A stretch of DNA of 52,234 bases from a bacterium (GTDB lineage Bacteria; UBP4; UBA4092; JAOAEQ01), in NCBI GenBank assembly GCA_041946755.1, contig JBHGBB010000002.1:1-52234 (forward strand), in the 5' to 3' direction. Every line of letters starts with the position of its first letter. The stretch's first letter is position 1. A program made the translations under genes and the position numbers. The notes under the pieces were generated by a model. It had not been told where the DNA came from. It did no database searches and saw only the letters and a list, made by a program, of their open reading frames with translations. Below, in pieces: positions 34,596-44,929 of the stretch.

Positions 34596-37523
34596 TTATC
34601 GTGCCTGCGCTTCGATATCGATATCTCGCACTTGGACGATCCGATGCGTTCGATCGCGCAACTTGGAAGCAATACTGAGAGTTAAATGATGTTTCCCGAT
34701 AGGCAGCTTCGGGATTTGGAATTGTACCGGTTGAAATTTCTCCCAACCGGATGGAGTAGTAAACCGCACTTGTTGTGGATTCTGATTATCGATCTGAATT
34801 GAAACCGAAATATCCGGATTGATTCCAGCTAAATAAATCGTCCCGATAAAATCCGAGTCGGTTTTGGTTTCGAAATCCCAGGATAATGTATCTTGCGCTA
34901 ATGCATCCAGATACCATTGGGTTTGCGCATATTCCCAATGTACTCCCAACCGAGATTCATCGATCCCTTTCGCATCATATATCGGTAATGTTAATCGTTC
35001 TTTATGGTCGGAAATCGATTTCCAGCGGAGGGTATACCGCGCCGGCATTTCATCGGCACTTAGCGGCTCCCGGGTAGCATAAACTTTTGCAAACTCAGTC
35101 AGCATCTTTTGCAGTTCCGATACCGACATGGTTACTGTAGGCTGGAATTGCAGACCGGTTAAATATCGCAATATCTGGTCGAACATATATCTGGTAGAAA
35201 CCGATCTCGGAAAACTCTGGGTTAGATTCAAGGTGCTGATAAACAGTTTCCCTTTCCCCACCCCAAGTTCGACTAAATACCCTTTACTTACCCCGCGATA
35301 ATAACTATCAATAGTTCGAATCAGCGGGTCGGTACCGATAGGGAACCGCGCTAACTCCAGCGATTTCGCCCGATATATCATCGGCCAGAACTGCATATCG
35401 CAGAACCCTTCATTCGGGAACTCGCTAAATATCGGATGCGGATAAATAATGGTTCCGCTATTCCCATATCGCGATTTCGAGTTGCTGCAAATAGTCAGCC
35501 ATTTATTGCATGGTTCATCCAATTCCGGGAATATCACCGGCGCCTGCTGCGCAGGGATAAACCGGGTGATATGCAATCCGAAAATTCCCATCTCTTCCGG
35601 CCAAGGCCAGCTTTTATCGGAAATAATCCAGATTCTACCGCCGGAATTAAGGAATCCGAAATAGGATTTGTCCCAGGTATCGGTAATAAGCAGTTGCGTA
35701 GGGTTAAGCAACCCGGCCCAAGTTTGATCATCCTGATATTGGATATCCGGATATACAGTAAGATATGATTCCATTCTCTTCCGTGGATCCCAGATATTGA
35801 TTTTTTTCTGTTCGGTTGCAGGAATAACTTTTTTCGGAAACGCCCAGAAATACCATTCGTTATTGATATACGGTCGAGTACCCGGCAACCCGGTACTAAG
35901 AGTTAATTTCGCCGGAGCTGATAGTTTCGGGATAACCAGATTCAGATGCCCGATTTCAGCGACATCCACCGGCTCAACTTTGACATTCTCGAATATCCCT
36001 TGCGCTAATACTTGCGCTCCATTCATCAACCACCACTGGCAGGTAGAAGCAATAAACGGGGTTTCTCCATGATGCGATATTTCTAAGGTTACTTCGCAGG
36101 TATCGCCATAATAGAAACAGCGATTGTTCCAGGTACATAAGAGCACCGTTTCGCCATTAGTGCGCAAGAACTCTTCAGCGGTAACATTTTTCGGATCGGC
36201 AAAATCATCCACTACTCCGGAAACCATTTCTCCGCGGTCGGTGAACCGCAGCATGCTATATCCATCCAATTCCCGGAATTTGCGCGCTTCTTCTAACATC
36301 TCTTTCCGGCAAATCGCCTGGATGCTTTCGGCATTATGGACATAGTCCGGCAGTAGTTGTTCCAGATGATATTTCCTAGCATTTTCTACTGCCAGGGTAA
36401 TCCAAAACGGTTCCTGACTATATTTCGCGCTTAACGCCGGGTTCGGATATGAGGATACCAAAGGATATTCATGGGCGATAATCGGAACTTGATCGCTTTT
36501 TCCTTTCCGATCACCCCGGAGATAGAGTTGAAACGCTTCCCTTGCAAATTCGGCAGTATGCTCATATTCCCCGATCGGCCGTTCAATCAAATCATATTTA
36601 CCATAATCATCGTTTGCCGGAGTGCTCCCCGACCGGTTCAGCACCAAAACGCTGGGATCGATTTGTTTCGCTAAATCGTATAAGGTATTCTGGCATAAAA
36701 CCAATCCGGGATCGTTCTGATATATTTCGTTCCCCATGCTATAGATGAAAGTGGATGTATGTTTTCTTCCTTGCTGAATCAGAGAGATCCAGTTTTCTTT
36801 CGATTTGGCAAATGTCGATGACGCGGTATCAGTCCCGATTTTTCCTTCGATCTCCATCTGAATCAAGAGCCCAAGTTGGTCTGCAATCTCCAGATACATT
36901 TGGCTTGGGACATGGGAATGATGCCGAATCCCATTAAATCCATACCGTTTAACCTGCGTCAGCCGTTTCATAACACCTTGCCGGTCAAGGGTATCAAGAA
37001 ACGCTTCTTTTTCATGGCCGCAGAATCGGAGATAAAATGGTTGGTTATTGATATAGAATCGACCGTTACGGGTTTCATATTTCCGCATGCCGAAATATTG
37101 CGTGACAGAAGTAACACATGAATATTGTTTGGAATAGAATTCGAGTTTGATTTGATATAAGTTTGGCGATTTCGGATGCCAGAGAATAACCGGATTGATC
37201 GGAATAGTAGTAGAAAAATAAGATATCAGTCCATTATCTAGCGATTGATACGGATTCGTAAATAATATATCTACATAGTTTTCTATCTTTCCATTCGGAT
37301 AGGTTATCGTAATTCCTGTCGGAATAAACTGATTTGGTTTTTCGACCGGTCCATTCTGCCACATGCGGAGTTCGATTTGTCCCTTATCAATATCCGGAAT
37401 AATCGAGATATCCGGTAAAGTTGCATCTCCGACTGGAACTGTTTTAGCAATGTCATTATCCGCAAAGCTTGGAGATAAAGCGATCAGGAGGAGAGTGATA
37501 ACAATAATATTTCTTAATATCAT
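34596..37523 (-). CDS. Secreted clan GH-A glycoside hydrolase, GH2-like (TIM-barrel core with flanking beta-sandwich domains)
   Basis: It has a signal peptide. GFNGIRHHSHVPSQMYLEIADQLGLLIQMEI and YSMGNEI resemble the GH2 TIM-barrel blocks (xxNxxRxxHyP...D.GllV..E; gNE). The family assignment is tentative. Confidence 0.55.
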   Translation of the reverse strand: MILRNIIVITLLLIALSPSFADNDIAKTVPVGDATLPDISIIPDIDKGQIELRMWQNGPVEKPNQFIPTGITITYPNGKIENYVDILFTNPYQSLDNGLISYFSTTIPINPVILWHPKSPNLYQIKLEFYSKQYSCVTSVTQYFGMRKYETRNGRFYINNQPFYLRFCGHEKEAFLDTLDRQGVMKRLTQVKRYGFNGIRHHSHVPSQMYLEIADQLGLLIQMEIEGKIGTDTASSTFAKSKENWISLIQQGRKHTSTFIYSMGNEIYQNDPGLVLCQNTLYDLAKQIDPSVLVLNRSGSTPANDDYGKYDLIERPIGEYEHTAEFAREAFQLYLRGDRKGKSDQVPIIAHEYPLVSSYPNPALSAKYSQEPFWITLAVENARKYHLEQLLPDYVHNAESIQAICRKEMLEEARKFRELDGYSMLRFTDRGEMVSGVVDDFADPKNVTAEEFLRTNGETVLLCTWNNRCFYYGDTCEVTLEISHHGETPFIASTCQWWLMNGAQVLAQGIFENVKVEPVDVAEIGHLNLVIPKLSAPAKLTLSTGLPGTRPYINNEWYFWAFPKKVIPATEQKKINIWDPRKRMESYLTVYPDIQYQDDQTWAGLLNPTQLLITDTWDKSYFGFLNSGGRIWIISDKSWPWPEEMGIFGLHITRFIPAQQAPVIFPELDEPCNKWLTICSNSKSRYGNSGTIIYPHPIFSEFPNEGFCDMQFWPMIYRAKSLELARFPIGTDPLIRTIDSYYRGVSKGYLVELGVGKGKLFISTLNLTQSFPRSVSTRYMFDQILRYLTGLQFQPTVTMSVSELQKMLTEFAKVYATREPLSADEMPARYTLRWKSISDHKERLTLPIYDAKGIDESRLGVHWEYAQTQWYLDALAQDTLSWDFETKTDSDFIGTIYLAGINPDISVSIQIDNQNPQQVRFTTPSGWEKFQPVQFQIPKLPIGKHHLTLSIASKLRDRTHRIVQVRDIDIEAQAR

Positions 37524-37559
37524 TGAATAGTAAATAATTAGACCGGTAGATTTAGATTC

Positions 37560-38702
37560 TTACCAGAGGATATCGCTGCCTTTAATAACTTCAATTTTCG
37601 CTTTCTGTGACTCGATGGTTATCCCGGAATATACCGTTGCGGCAGTCTGGAAAAATATCGGGTTCCGATTGGTATCAGCCAAACCCCAATCAAGCCATGG
37701 CGCTGAAGGATAAAGCTGTATCGAAGTCCCTTTACTGGAAATGAACCGGCCGCTATCGAGGTTACCGAAATAATAGTAAGGATCGCCATTCCCGGCAAGT
37801 TTACCGGGAGTATCCCGGGTAATTCTGCCATCAGTCGCATCGGCAGGTACCCAGCCATAATTCGGTAGATAGAATTCGTTCCACACATGGTAGTTCAATT
37901 TCGCGGTACAACACCAATGGCCGTTAACCACTCGGGCCGGGATGCCTACCGCCCGGCATAACGCGGTGAATATCAGACTATATTCCCCGCAATCCCCGGT
38001 CTTCCGCGGTAAAGAAAACCGGATTCCGCGATCTGGCGGATATACATAAACGATCGTATCCATGCACCAGGTATAGATAGCTTTCGCCTGATAATATGGA
38101 TTGGTCTCTTTACCAATAATCTGGTGCGCAAGCCGAACCACTTCCGGGGTAAGTTCTAAAAACTCCTGGGTCCGGGTGTAATATTTATATACCGGGTCGC
38201 TGGTATCATACTTCCCAACTTTTTTCGGATCGATTTTAAATGCGGTCTCGTACGCTATAAATTTAAACTGGCGGGTGATGGTGATATCTTTCCCATCCTG
38301 GATCTGGTCGGATAAATCATAGAACTCCATCGAATTACCATCAATATCTTTTGCAATAATCTGATCCGGTTTTGTAGATAGGGAAAGATACTCGACATTG
38401 CGCTGGTTCGGTAACTCCGCTTGTCGGGCGATATAGAGGAGTAATCGCGGTTTCCCCGGATTCTTTTCCATCTTCCAGGATACCGGCTCTTCTGAGAATT
38501 CATACATGGTCACGGTATCGGAACTGGTAGGTTTGATTCCTTTCAATTCATAGGTGATTTTCAATTCTACTTCTCGCGGTTTGATATAATAAGGGTTCAT
38601 GGTTGGACTCGATTGATGCGATTTACTTATCGCTGGATTATACAACCCGGCGCAACCGGTAATAATAAGAAATAGTAATGAGAAATAATATTTTATCTGC
38701 AT
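37560..38702 (-). CDS. Transglutaminase-like cysteine peptidase-fold lipoprotein
   Basis: The lipobox is LIITGCAG. The core triad context is GDCGEYSLIFTALCRAVGIPARVV ... YHVWNEFYL ... GWVPADAT (C-H-D). It lies 36 nt upstream of the GH2-like gene on the same strand. Confidence 0.8.
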   Translation of the reverse strand: MQIKYYFSLLFLIITGCAGLYNPAISKSHQSSPTMNPYYIKPREVELKITYELKGIKPTSSDTVTMYEFSEEPVSWKMEKNPGKPRLLLYIARQAELPNQRNVEYLSLSTKPDQIIAKDIDGNSMEFYDLSDQIQDGKDITITRQFKFIAYETAFKIDPKKVGKYDTSDPVYKYYTRTQEFLELTPEVVRLAHQIIGKETNPYYQAKAIYTWCMDTIVYVYPPDRGIRFSLPRKTGDCGEYSLIFTALCRAVGIPARVVNGHWCCTAKLNYHVWNEFYLPNYGWVPADATDGRITRDTPGKLAGNGDPYYYFGNLDSGRFISSKGTSIQLYPSAPWLDWGLADTNRNPIFFQTAATVYSGITIESQKAKIEVIKGSDILW

Positions 38703-38818
38703 AATTATTTTTGTATAATTAATCTATCATATCTTCATAATTCTAGGGAAGAAGAAAATATTGAATAAACAGGATTCTTCGTTCTCAGAGAAATATGGTA
38801 TATTTATAAATCGAGTAT

Positions 38819-39613
38819 TTGAATTCCGGTTATACCATCTTTATGCAAATCCCGGTTAAAAAACCTTATCTAGCGCATGAAATTGTATACCAACAAATGT
38901 TTAAACAAGGGATTCGCTCCTGGGATTTACGCGACCGAAAACGCCGGGCGGAAATAGAAGTTAATGATAAAAAGTTCCTTATTTCGATTCTACGCCAGCC
39001 CTGGGCTCCTAAAAAAGGAAAGGTATTAGAACTCGGGTGCGGTACCGGCCCGATTTTAAGACTCGTTTGCAAACAAGGGTTTACCGGATATGGTATCGAT
39101 ATCAGTAACACTGCGATTACCATGGCAAAACAGCAGGCGAAAGGATTGAATATCAAATATACGGTTGGCGATATTTGCAGGAATATACCGGCCAAACCGG
39201 CCTCTATCGATATTATTATCGATGGCCATTGTTTGCATTGTATTACCGATACCCATGACCGGAAACAAGCGATAACCAATATTTATCGCCTGCTTAAACC
39301 CGGGGGATGTTTCATCGGAATGACCATGTGCGAACCGATTGACCGGAAAGCATTCGAACAAGAATGTCCCGGCCAAAAATTAGTTGATGGAATAATATAT
39401 AATCCTTGGAATAAAGCTGCGGCATATACCGGGATGAAAATCATCTCCGGTAAAAAGTATATTCCCACTCGATATCTTGGAGATTGGAAAGAGCTACTAG
39501 CCGAATTTGAAACGGCAGGATTCCATTTGCAACTGGCTCATTATGCTTATCCGGTTCAGAAAAAAGATATCTGTAGTATGGTATATTTTGCAGCCCTCAA
39601 ACTAAATAATTAA
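38819..39613 (+). CDS. Class I SAM-dependent methyltransferase
   Basis: Motif I VLELGCGTGPILRLVCKQG, with GIDIS, IIIDGHCLHC and LKPGGCF. The ORF-track start is a TTG. The ATG at 38843 is an equally plausible start. Confidence 0.8.
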   Translation: MNSGYTIFMQIPVKKPYLAHEIVYQQMFKQGIRSWDLRDRKRRAEIEVNDKKFLISILRQPWAPKKGKVLELGCGTGPILRLVCKQGFTGYGIDISNTAITMAKQQAKGLNIKYTVGDICRNIPAKPASIDIIIDGHCLHCITDTHDRKQAITNIYRLLKPGGCFIGMTMCEPIDRKAFEQECPGQKLVDGIIYNPWNKAAAYTGMKIISGKKYIPTRYLGDWKELLAEFETAGFHLQLAHYAYPVQKKDICSMVYFAALKLNN

Positions 39614-39621
39614 ATTTTGAT

Positions 39622-40515
39622 ATGGTATATAAAACATTCTTGCTGTTTTTCACTTCACTACTATTATTCTACGGAGGATTTACTATGGCAGCAGAGGTAA
39701 AGGTAGAAAAAATCGCCGAGCATCTGGTGTTCCCGGAAGGACCGGTCTGGCATCCGGAAGGATATCTGATTTTTTCCGATATCTACGACCGCACCATCCA
39801 GCAGGTGAAACCGGAAGGTGGAACCATCACCTGGTTCAGTCAGGGGATTATGACTAATGGCATGATTATGAGTAACGATAATAAAAAGGTCTATGCCTGC
39901 TGCCATTCGGATTTATGCCTAATAGAAATCGATGCGAAAACGAGAAAGTATAAAGTTCTGGCGAAAGAGTATCAGGGGAAACCGTTTAATAATGTTAACG
40001 ATGTAGCCATCGATACGCAAGGTAACGTTTATTTCACCGACCCGAAATGGGGCGGGAAACCGGAAGATATTCAGGGGATATATCTTTATAATAAAGAAGG
40101 GAAATTGAGCCTGGCAACGAAAGTAGAAAACCAGCCGAATGGATTGGTAGTCAGCCCGGACCAGCAATGGCTCTATGTCGACCGGTCAGGAGCGCATGAT
40201 ATCTGGCGATATAAACATAACCCCGATGGAACCTTGACCGAAGGAAAACAATGGGTTAAACTTGAATCGAACGCTGAACCGGATGGAATGACGATCGATA
40301 GTAAAGGGAACCTTTATGTCGCGCAGGCAGGGAATGGCAAACTCTGCGTTTTATCCCCGGAAGGGAAAGTGCTGCATCTGATTAAAGTATTCGACTTCTT
40401 ATGCACCAACTGCGAGTTCGAACCCGGGCATGAATCGGTTTTATATATGACCTGCGCCGGGAAAAAGGAACTGAAACAAGGAGTGATATATAAAATCACG
40501 TTCCCAAATAAATAA
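39622..40515 (+). CDS. SMP-30/gluconolactonase/LRE-like six-bladed beta-propeller protein (secreted)
   Basis: Family blocks are FPEGPVWHPEGYLIFSDI, NDVAIDTQGNVYFTDP, PNGLVVSPDQQWLYV and PDGMTIDSKGNLYVA. It has an N-terminal hydrophobic signal. Confidence 0.8.
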   Translation: MVYKTFLLFFTSLLLFYGGFTMAAEVKVEKIAEHLVFPEGPVWHPEGYLIFSDIYDRTIQQVKPEGGTITWFSQGIMTNGMIMSNDNKKVYACCHSDLCLIEIDAKTRKYKVLAKEYQGKPFNNVNDVAIDTQGNVYFTDPKWGGKPEDIQGIYLYNKEGKLSLATKVENQPNGLVVSPDQQWLYVDRSGAHDIWRYKHNPDGTLTEGKQWVKLESNAEPDGMTIDSKGNLYVAQAGNGKLCVLSPEGKVLHLIKVFDFLCTNCEFEPGHESVLYMTCAGKKELKQGVIYKITFPNK

Positions 40516-40520
40516 TAACT

Positions 40521-41159
40521 ATGCAAATAAAACCGAATTATTTTGAATTAAGTCTGTTGATTCTGACTTGTATTCTTTACGTCCTATTGGAGTTTATCAA
40601 GATTATCCCACATCCTAAGGTGATCGCTATCCTTATGATTGTATGCTGGGTAGGCTATGTAATCTGGAAATCCGTTCGGCATCGAGGGATATTAAAATCC
40701 TGGGGATTCCGGGGCGATAATTTCTTAGTTACCTTCCGTTCTTGTTTATACTTCACCATCCCGATGATAGCGCTGATTATTGGGTATGGGGTGCTGACTC
40801 ACCATATTTCGATTTCATATACTTTTTGGATGATTTGTTTACTCTACCCGATTTGGGGGATAGTTCAGCAGTTTGCATTGCAGGCGTTGGTACATCGGAA
40901 TATTAAACAGATTATCAAACCGGTTTTTTATCGCTCGATTATCTTAGGGCTCTTATTCAGTGCGGCACATATTTTCGATTTGCGGCTGGTAGCGTTAGCG
41001 TTCCCGATCGGATACGCTTTCTCCCGGATATATGACCGATATCCCAACCTTTGGGCATTAGGTATCTGCCATGGAATTTTGGGTGCGATGGTATATTATC
41101 TCGTGCTCGGTTTAGACCCAGGTCGAGAGATAATCGATTTGGTTACCCATGTCAGCTAA
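40521..41159 (+). CDS. CPBP/Abi-like polytopic membrane protein (tentative; motif 1 reads QQ, not EE)
   Basis: It has 6-7 TM helices. LLFSAAHIFD resembles CPBP motif 2 (FxxxH) and GICHGILGA resembles motif 3 (HxxxN/D). The position of motif 1 (EExxxR) reads VQQFALQ. Confidence 0.35.
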   Translation: MQIKPNYFELSLLILTCILYVLLEFIKIIPHPKVIAILMIVCWVGYVIWKSVRHRGILKSWGFRGDNFLVTFRSCLYFTIPMIALIIGYGVLTHHISISYTFWMICLLYPIWGIVQQFALQALVHRNIKQIIKPVFYRSIILGLLFSAAHIFDLRLVALAFPIGYAFSRIYDRYPNLWALGICHGILGAMVYYLVLGLDPGREIIDLVTHVS

Positions 41160-41165
41160 TAGTAT

Positions 41166-42164
41166 ATGAAATATAGGACGACCATATTAACAATAATTTT
41201 ATCTACCATATTAGGAGCATGTATGATTCAAGCAGAACAGGTTCAACCCATTCAATGGACTTCTTACGATTGGGGTAAACTTGGGATTACCCATTTAGCC
41301 AACGCACCGTTTCCTGATGAGAGTCGGAAAGATGGTTGGAAAACTGAATCGGAAACTATCCCATACGCCGGGCATTATGACGATAATGCGGTAGCGATTG
41401 CAATCCCAAAACAGTTTAAGCCGGGTAATAAAATCCAGTTTATCGTTTTATTTCATGGGCATATCAATCAAGTAGATTCGTTTATGCTCGATAGCGATGT
41501 AGCTAAAACCGTTTGCGAATCCGGTTGTAATGCGATATTGGTAGCGCCGGAAATAGCTAAAAATGCTGCGGATAGTCATGGCGGGAAAATGGAATGCGAA
41601 CAGGGATTCGCCCGGATGATGAATGAATTGATGGCAACCTTAAAACAGGATACCCTAATTCCTAAGAAAGCGCAGATTGGGAAGATTATTGTTGGCGGGT
41701 TTAGCGGCGGATATCGGCCGACGGCATTTATTTTAAATCGCGGTGGAATGAATGACCAGATTCAAGAAGTATGGCTGCTGGATGCGGCCTACGATTTCCC
41801 GGATTATTTAGCGGCACCGTTTCTGGAACCCGGAAAGAAGCGAACTTTACGGTCGATATTCACCGACCATCTGGCAACCCGGAATATCCTGATTATGAGT
41901 AACCTAAGTAAACATCGGATATCTTTTGTTGCGGTTGAAGATGATGATTTATCTACTTCTACTACGAGCGCTGAGAAATTTAATCAGATACCAGTCCATG
42001 TACCGGATGTTAAGCTGGGCCAAGATGAATTAGCTCCGATATTGCGGTATAATCGGATAGTATTCATTCATACTAATTTACCACATGATGCATTAGCGTT
42101 TACTCATCGGTTTATCCCCGATTTCATCCGGGAATCGCCGACACTTAACCCAAAAAAGAAGTGA
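41166..42164 (+). CDS. Secreted hypothetical protein, possible alpha/beta-hydrolase fold
   Basis: It has a signal peptide. IIVGGFSGGYRP contains a GxSxG-like nucleophile elbow and FIVLFHGH is an oxyanion-like block. The evidence is weak. Confidence 0.35.
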   Translation: MKYRTTILTIILSTILGACMIQAEQVQPIQWTSYDWGKLGITHLANAPFPDESRKDGWKTESETIPYAGHYDDNAVAIAIPKQFKPGNKIQFIVLFHGHINQVDSFMLDSDVAKTVCESGCNAILVAPEIAKNAADSHGGKMECEQGFARMMNELMATLKQDTLIPKKAQIGKIIVGGFSGGYRPTAFILNRGGMNDQIQEVWLLDAAYDFPDYLAAPFLEPGKKRTLRSIFTDHLATRNILIMSNLSKHRISFVAVEDDDLSTSTTSAEKFNQIPVHVPDVKLGQDELAPILRYNRIVFIHTNLPHDALAFTHRFIPDFIRESPTLNPKKK

Positions 42165-42249
42165 GAAGTGAGAAGTATGGAATAAGGGAACTTATATTTC
42201 TTCCCCTCGTATCGCATATTTCACATCTTCAAACTATCTGGAGGCATTT

Positions 42250-42999
42250 ATGGATATCCAACTTAAACAGCAGTTTATCGACCGATGGAACCATTATTTT
42301 GCTTATACTGAACTACCGATTGTGTTCTACTATACTGATGAACCGAACCAGGGAGACCTGGCACCAACGCCTACCGGCTGGAGCTGTATTATCACCGATT
42401 TAGTTAATGTCCAGCATACCGGGAAAACGCTCTATTTCGATGAGAAACGGGTAGCTTGTGCCGGTGGGAAACGATACCTTGGATTTCTCCCGCAGCTCCG
42501 GCCGAATTTCGAGTATTTTTTATCCTATGGCATCCCCGGGAAAATGGAAGGGGAACGATATAAGAAAAACCCAGAGCTGGTTAACCAGGTTATGGTATAT
42601 ATGCCGGCATTCGATGCTCCGGGCAAGTATATCGTGTTCAAACGATGGGATAACTTAGATGAAAAAGATGAGCCGATAGCGGTAATCTTTTTCGCTAAAC
42701 CAGACGTGCTATCCGGCTTGTTTACCTTAGCGAATTTCGATGAACCGACTCCACATGGGGTGATTTCTCCATTTGGCTCCGGTTGCTCTTCAGTAGTCTA
42801 TTATCCCTATAAAGAAAGCCAATCCGATAATCCGAAAGCGGTTCTTGGGATGTTCGATGTTTCCGCCCGCCCATGTATGAACCATAATGCGTTAAGTTTT
42901 TCGGTCCCATTCGAAAAGTTTACCCGCATGATTCATAATATGGATGAAAGTTTCTTGATTACTGAGTCTTGGAAGAAGGTTAAAGAGCGACTGCAATAA
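42250..42999 (+). CDS. DUF169-like protein (COG2043-type), tentative
   Basis: The length (249 aa) and pattern LPIVFYYTDEP...WSCIITDL...RVACAGGKRYLGF resemble DUF169 as I remember it. This is unverified. Confidence 0.4.
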   Translation: MDIQLKQQFIDRWNHYFAYTELPIVFYYTDEPNQGDLAPTPTGWSCIITDLVNVQHTGKTLYFDEKRVACAGGKRYLGFLPQLRPNFEYFLSYGIPGKMEGERYKKNPELVNQVMVYMPAFDAPGKYIVFKRWDNLDEKDEPIAVIFFAKPDVLSGLFTLANFDEPTPHGVISPFGSGCSSVVYYPYKESQSDNPKAVLGMFDVSARPCMNHNALSFSVPFEKFTRMIHNMDESFLITESWKKVKERLQ

Positions 43000-43016
43000 T
43001 ACAGTCCTAAGGCTAT

Positions 43017-43070
43017 AGTCCTAAGTCCGAAGATGAAGGCGCTTATTGTTTTGACTTAAGACTTAGGACT
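43017..43070. terminator. Long-loop inverted repeat between convergent genes (possible terminator)
   Basis: AGTCCTAAGTC (43017-43027) is the exact reverse complement of GACTTAGGACT (43060-43070). An extra AGTCCTAAG lies at 43003-43011. The right arm falls inside the last codons of the DMT gene. There is no clear U-tract. Confidence 0.35.
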
Positions 43071-43955
43071 GAGGACTTCAGACTGCCTTTTCCCTTTTAG
43101 TTCAGAAATAATCAGTGCCGCGAAAATCAATCCGGCCCCTAACCAGCCGCGTAACGGTAATCTCTCGCCTAAAATGAGATACGCCAGAACGGCGGCAAAC
43201 ACCGGTTCGGTCGAATAGATTAAACCCGCCCGAGTAGTATCAGTCTGCTTCTGGAAAAATACCTGGAGCGTAGTACATCCGATGGTTACCATGATAATCA
43301 GATGACCCAGCGCTAAACCGAGTGGTACGGTTAACGGTACCCAAGGTTCGCTATGAATAAACGGTTGAATGATGATACTGAACACCGCTACCGCCGCTAT
43401 TTGCAGCCATAAAATAAACATTACATCATATTTAGCAGTATAAATGCTGGTATAGATAATATGGAACGCAAAAAACACCGCGCCTAAGATAGCTAAAATA
43501 TCCCCGAATCCAAGCTGCCATCGTTCATTCAGGCTTAATAAGGTCAAACCCAACATCGCGAGAAAAACACAAAACCATAATCGCGAAGAAACCACGATCT
43601 TCCGGATATAAATCAGAAATATCGGCACCATGATTACACTTAATGCCGTAAGAAAAGCCGATTGGGTTGCGGTGGTATATTTCATCGATGCGGTTTGGAA
43701 GGTAAATCCAGCAAACATGGTAAATCCGAGCCATAAGCCGGATAACCAGGCGGTTCGATTAGCCTGTTTTAATCGGGAATAGACTACCGGTAATAAAATC
43801 AATGCGGCGATTCCGAATCGGAGGATAACAATTTGATATATCGGCAGCGTAGCGACTAACACTTTTATCGCAACGAAACTCGATCCCCAGAATAAGGTAG
43901 CGATTAATAAAATCGCATCTGCGGTATGCGATGTTACTTGGAAGCGGTTGGCCAT
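43056..43955 (-). CDS. DMT superfamily transporter (two EamA domains)
   Basis: It has 10 predicted TM helices in two similar halves and typical EamA-like G/A-rich helices. The size is 299 aa. Confidence 0.75.
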   Translation of the reverse strand: MANRFQVTSHTADAILLIATLFWGSSFVAIKVLVATLPIYQIVILRFGIAALILLPVVYSRLKQANRTAWLSGLWLGFTMFAGFTFQTASMKYTTATQSAFLTALSVIMVPIFLIYIRKIVVSSRLWFCVFLAMLGLTLLSLNERWQLGFGDILAILGAVFFAFHIIYTSIYTAKYDVMFILWLQIAAVAVFSIIIQPFIHSEPWVPLTVPLGLALGHLIIMVTIGCTTLQVFFQKQTDTTRAGLIYSTEPVFAAVLAYLILGERLPLRGWLGAGLIFAALIISELKGKRQSEVLSPKS

Positions 43956-43958
43956 GGT

Positions 43959-44816
43959 TTATTCGATAATCGGTATGAGGGTTCGTTTCCGTTTGGTGAA
44001 TGAAGCCAGTTGAGTGTATCCTACTTTTTTGAGTAACGCTATAGCTTGCTCGAATCCGGCACCGACATCTTTCGGCTGGTGCGCATCCGACCCTAGAGTT
44101 ACCGGTATCCGGTTCTGATAGCATAATTGCAGCCATGCGGGTTGCGGATATATTTCGCCTACCGGTTTCCGCAGACCGGCAGTATTCAATTCTACGGCGA
44201 TATTCGATGCGGCAATAGCTTTAATCGTTTTCTCAACCGTTGGCATGATATCTTTTGTCGGCCGATGCCCGAATATCTTAACTAAATCCAAATGGCCGAT
44301 AATATCTACCAACCCCGATTGAGCGCAGCGTTCGATTTGCGTTAAGTATTGCCGGTATATTTCATTTATATCCCGGGTAGAGAACCCATCTTTTTCGGCA
44401 GGATTATCGAATCCCCAGCCATCGAGATAATGGATCGAGCCGATTACATAATCGAATGGGAATTCGGCTAGAATTGCTCGCAATAGTTCGGTATGTTCCG
44501 GTATATAGTCTATTTCAATCCCAATTTTCAATTTAATCTGCGGATACTGTTCCTGCAATTTCTGAATCTTAACTACATAATCTTTAAACAATTTAATTAA
44601 TGGTGCCACTCCAGCCTGCTGCAATATTCGGAGGTTACTGAACTTCGCTTTATTCGCCGTCGCTTCATTCATCTGGGAAATAAAGAGATGTTCTGAAAAC
44701 CCATATTCCGCCAATCCGCAGGATATGGCTTGTTTAACATAATCTTCCATCGTTCCCACGGCATGGTCGGTTTGGGTGATATTGGTATGCGAATGATAGT
44801 CTAGTAACATCATCAA
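43959..44816 (-). CDS. PHP-domain histidinol-phosphatase family protein (HisJ/HisK type)
   Basis: The metal-binding blocks are LLDYHSHTN, FSEHL, IGSIHYL, IIGHLDLVK and TLGSDAH. The gene ends 3 nt before the DMT start. Confidence 0.75.
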   Translation of the reverse strand: MMMLLDYHSHTNITQTDHAVGTMEDYVKQAISCGLAEYGFSEHLFISQMNEATANKAKFSNLRILQQAGVAPLIKLFKDYVVKIQKLQEQYPQIKLKIGIEIDYIPEHTELLRAILAEFPFDYVIGSIHYLDGWGFDNPAEKDGFSTRDINEIYRQYLTQIERCAQSGLVDIIGHLDLVKIFGHRPTKDIMPTVEKTIKAIAASNIAVELNTAGLRKPVGEIYPQPAWLQLCYQNRIPVTLGSDAHQPKDVGAGFEQAIALLKKVGYTQLASFTKRKRTLIPIIE

Positions 44817-44884
44817 AAAAATAACCGCTGACTACGCTGAGGTCGCAAAGAATAATAGGATATGGTGATATATGCGGTTGATAT

Positions 44885-44914
44885 CTCTGCGTACTCTGCG
44901 TTCTCTGCGGTTAG
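44885..44914 (+). repeat. CTCTGCG heptad array x3 (9-nt period) ending in GTTAG, with an inverted TAACCGC arm at 44822-44850
   Basis: CTCTGCG occurs at 44885, 44894 and 44903, followed by GTTAG. Upstream, ATAACCGCTGACTACGCTGAGGTCGC is the same kind of array in the opposite orientation. Confidence 0.8.
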
Positions 44915-44929
44915 AGTAATGCTTTTGGT

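Noticed and set aside
42161-42403. An 80-aa ORF bridging the gap between 41166..42164 and the DUF169-like gene.
   Set aside because: It overlaps the better-supported 42250..42999 frame and begins in the GAAGTGA tandem repeat. It has no motif support.
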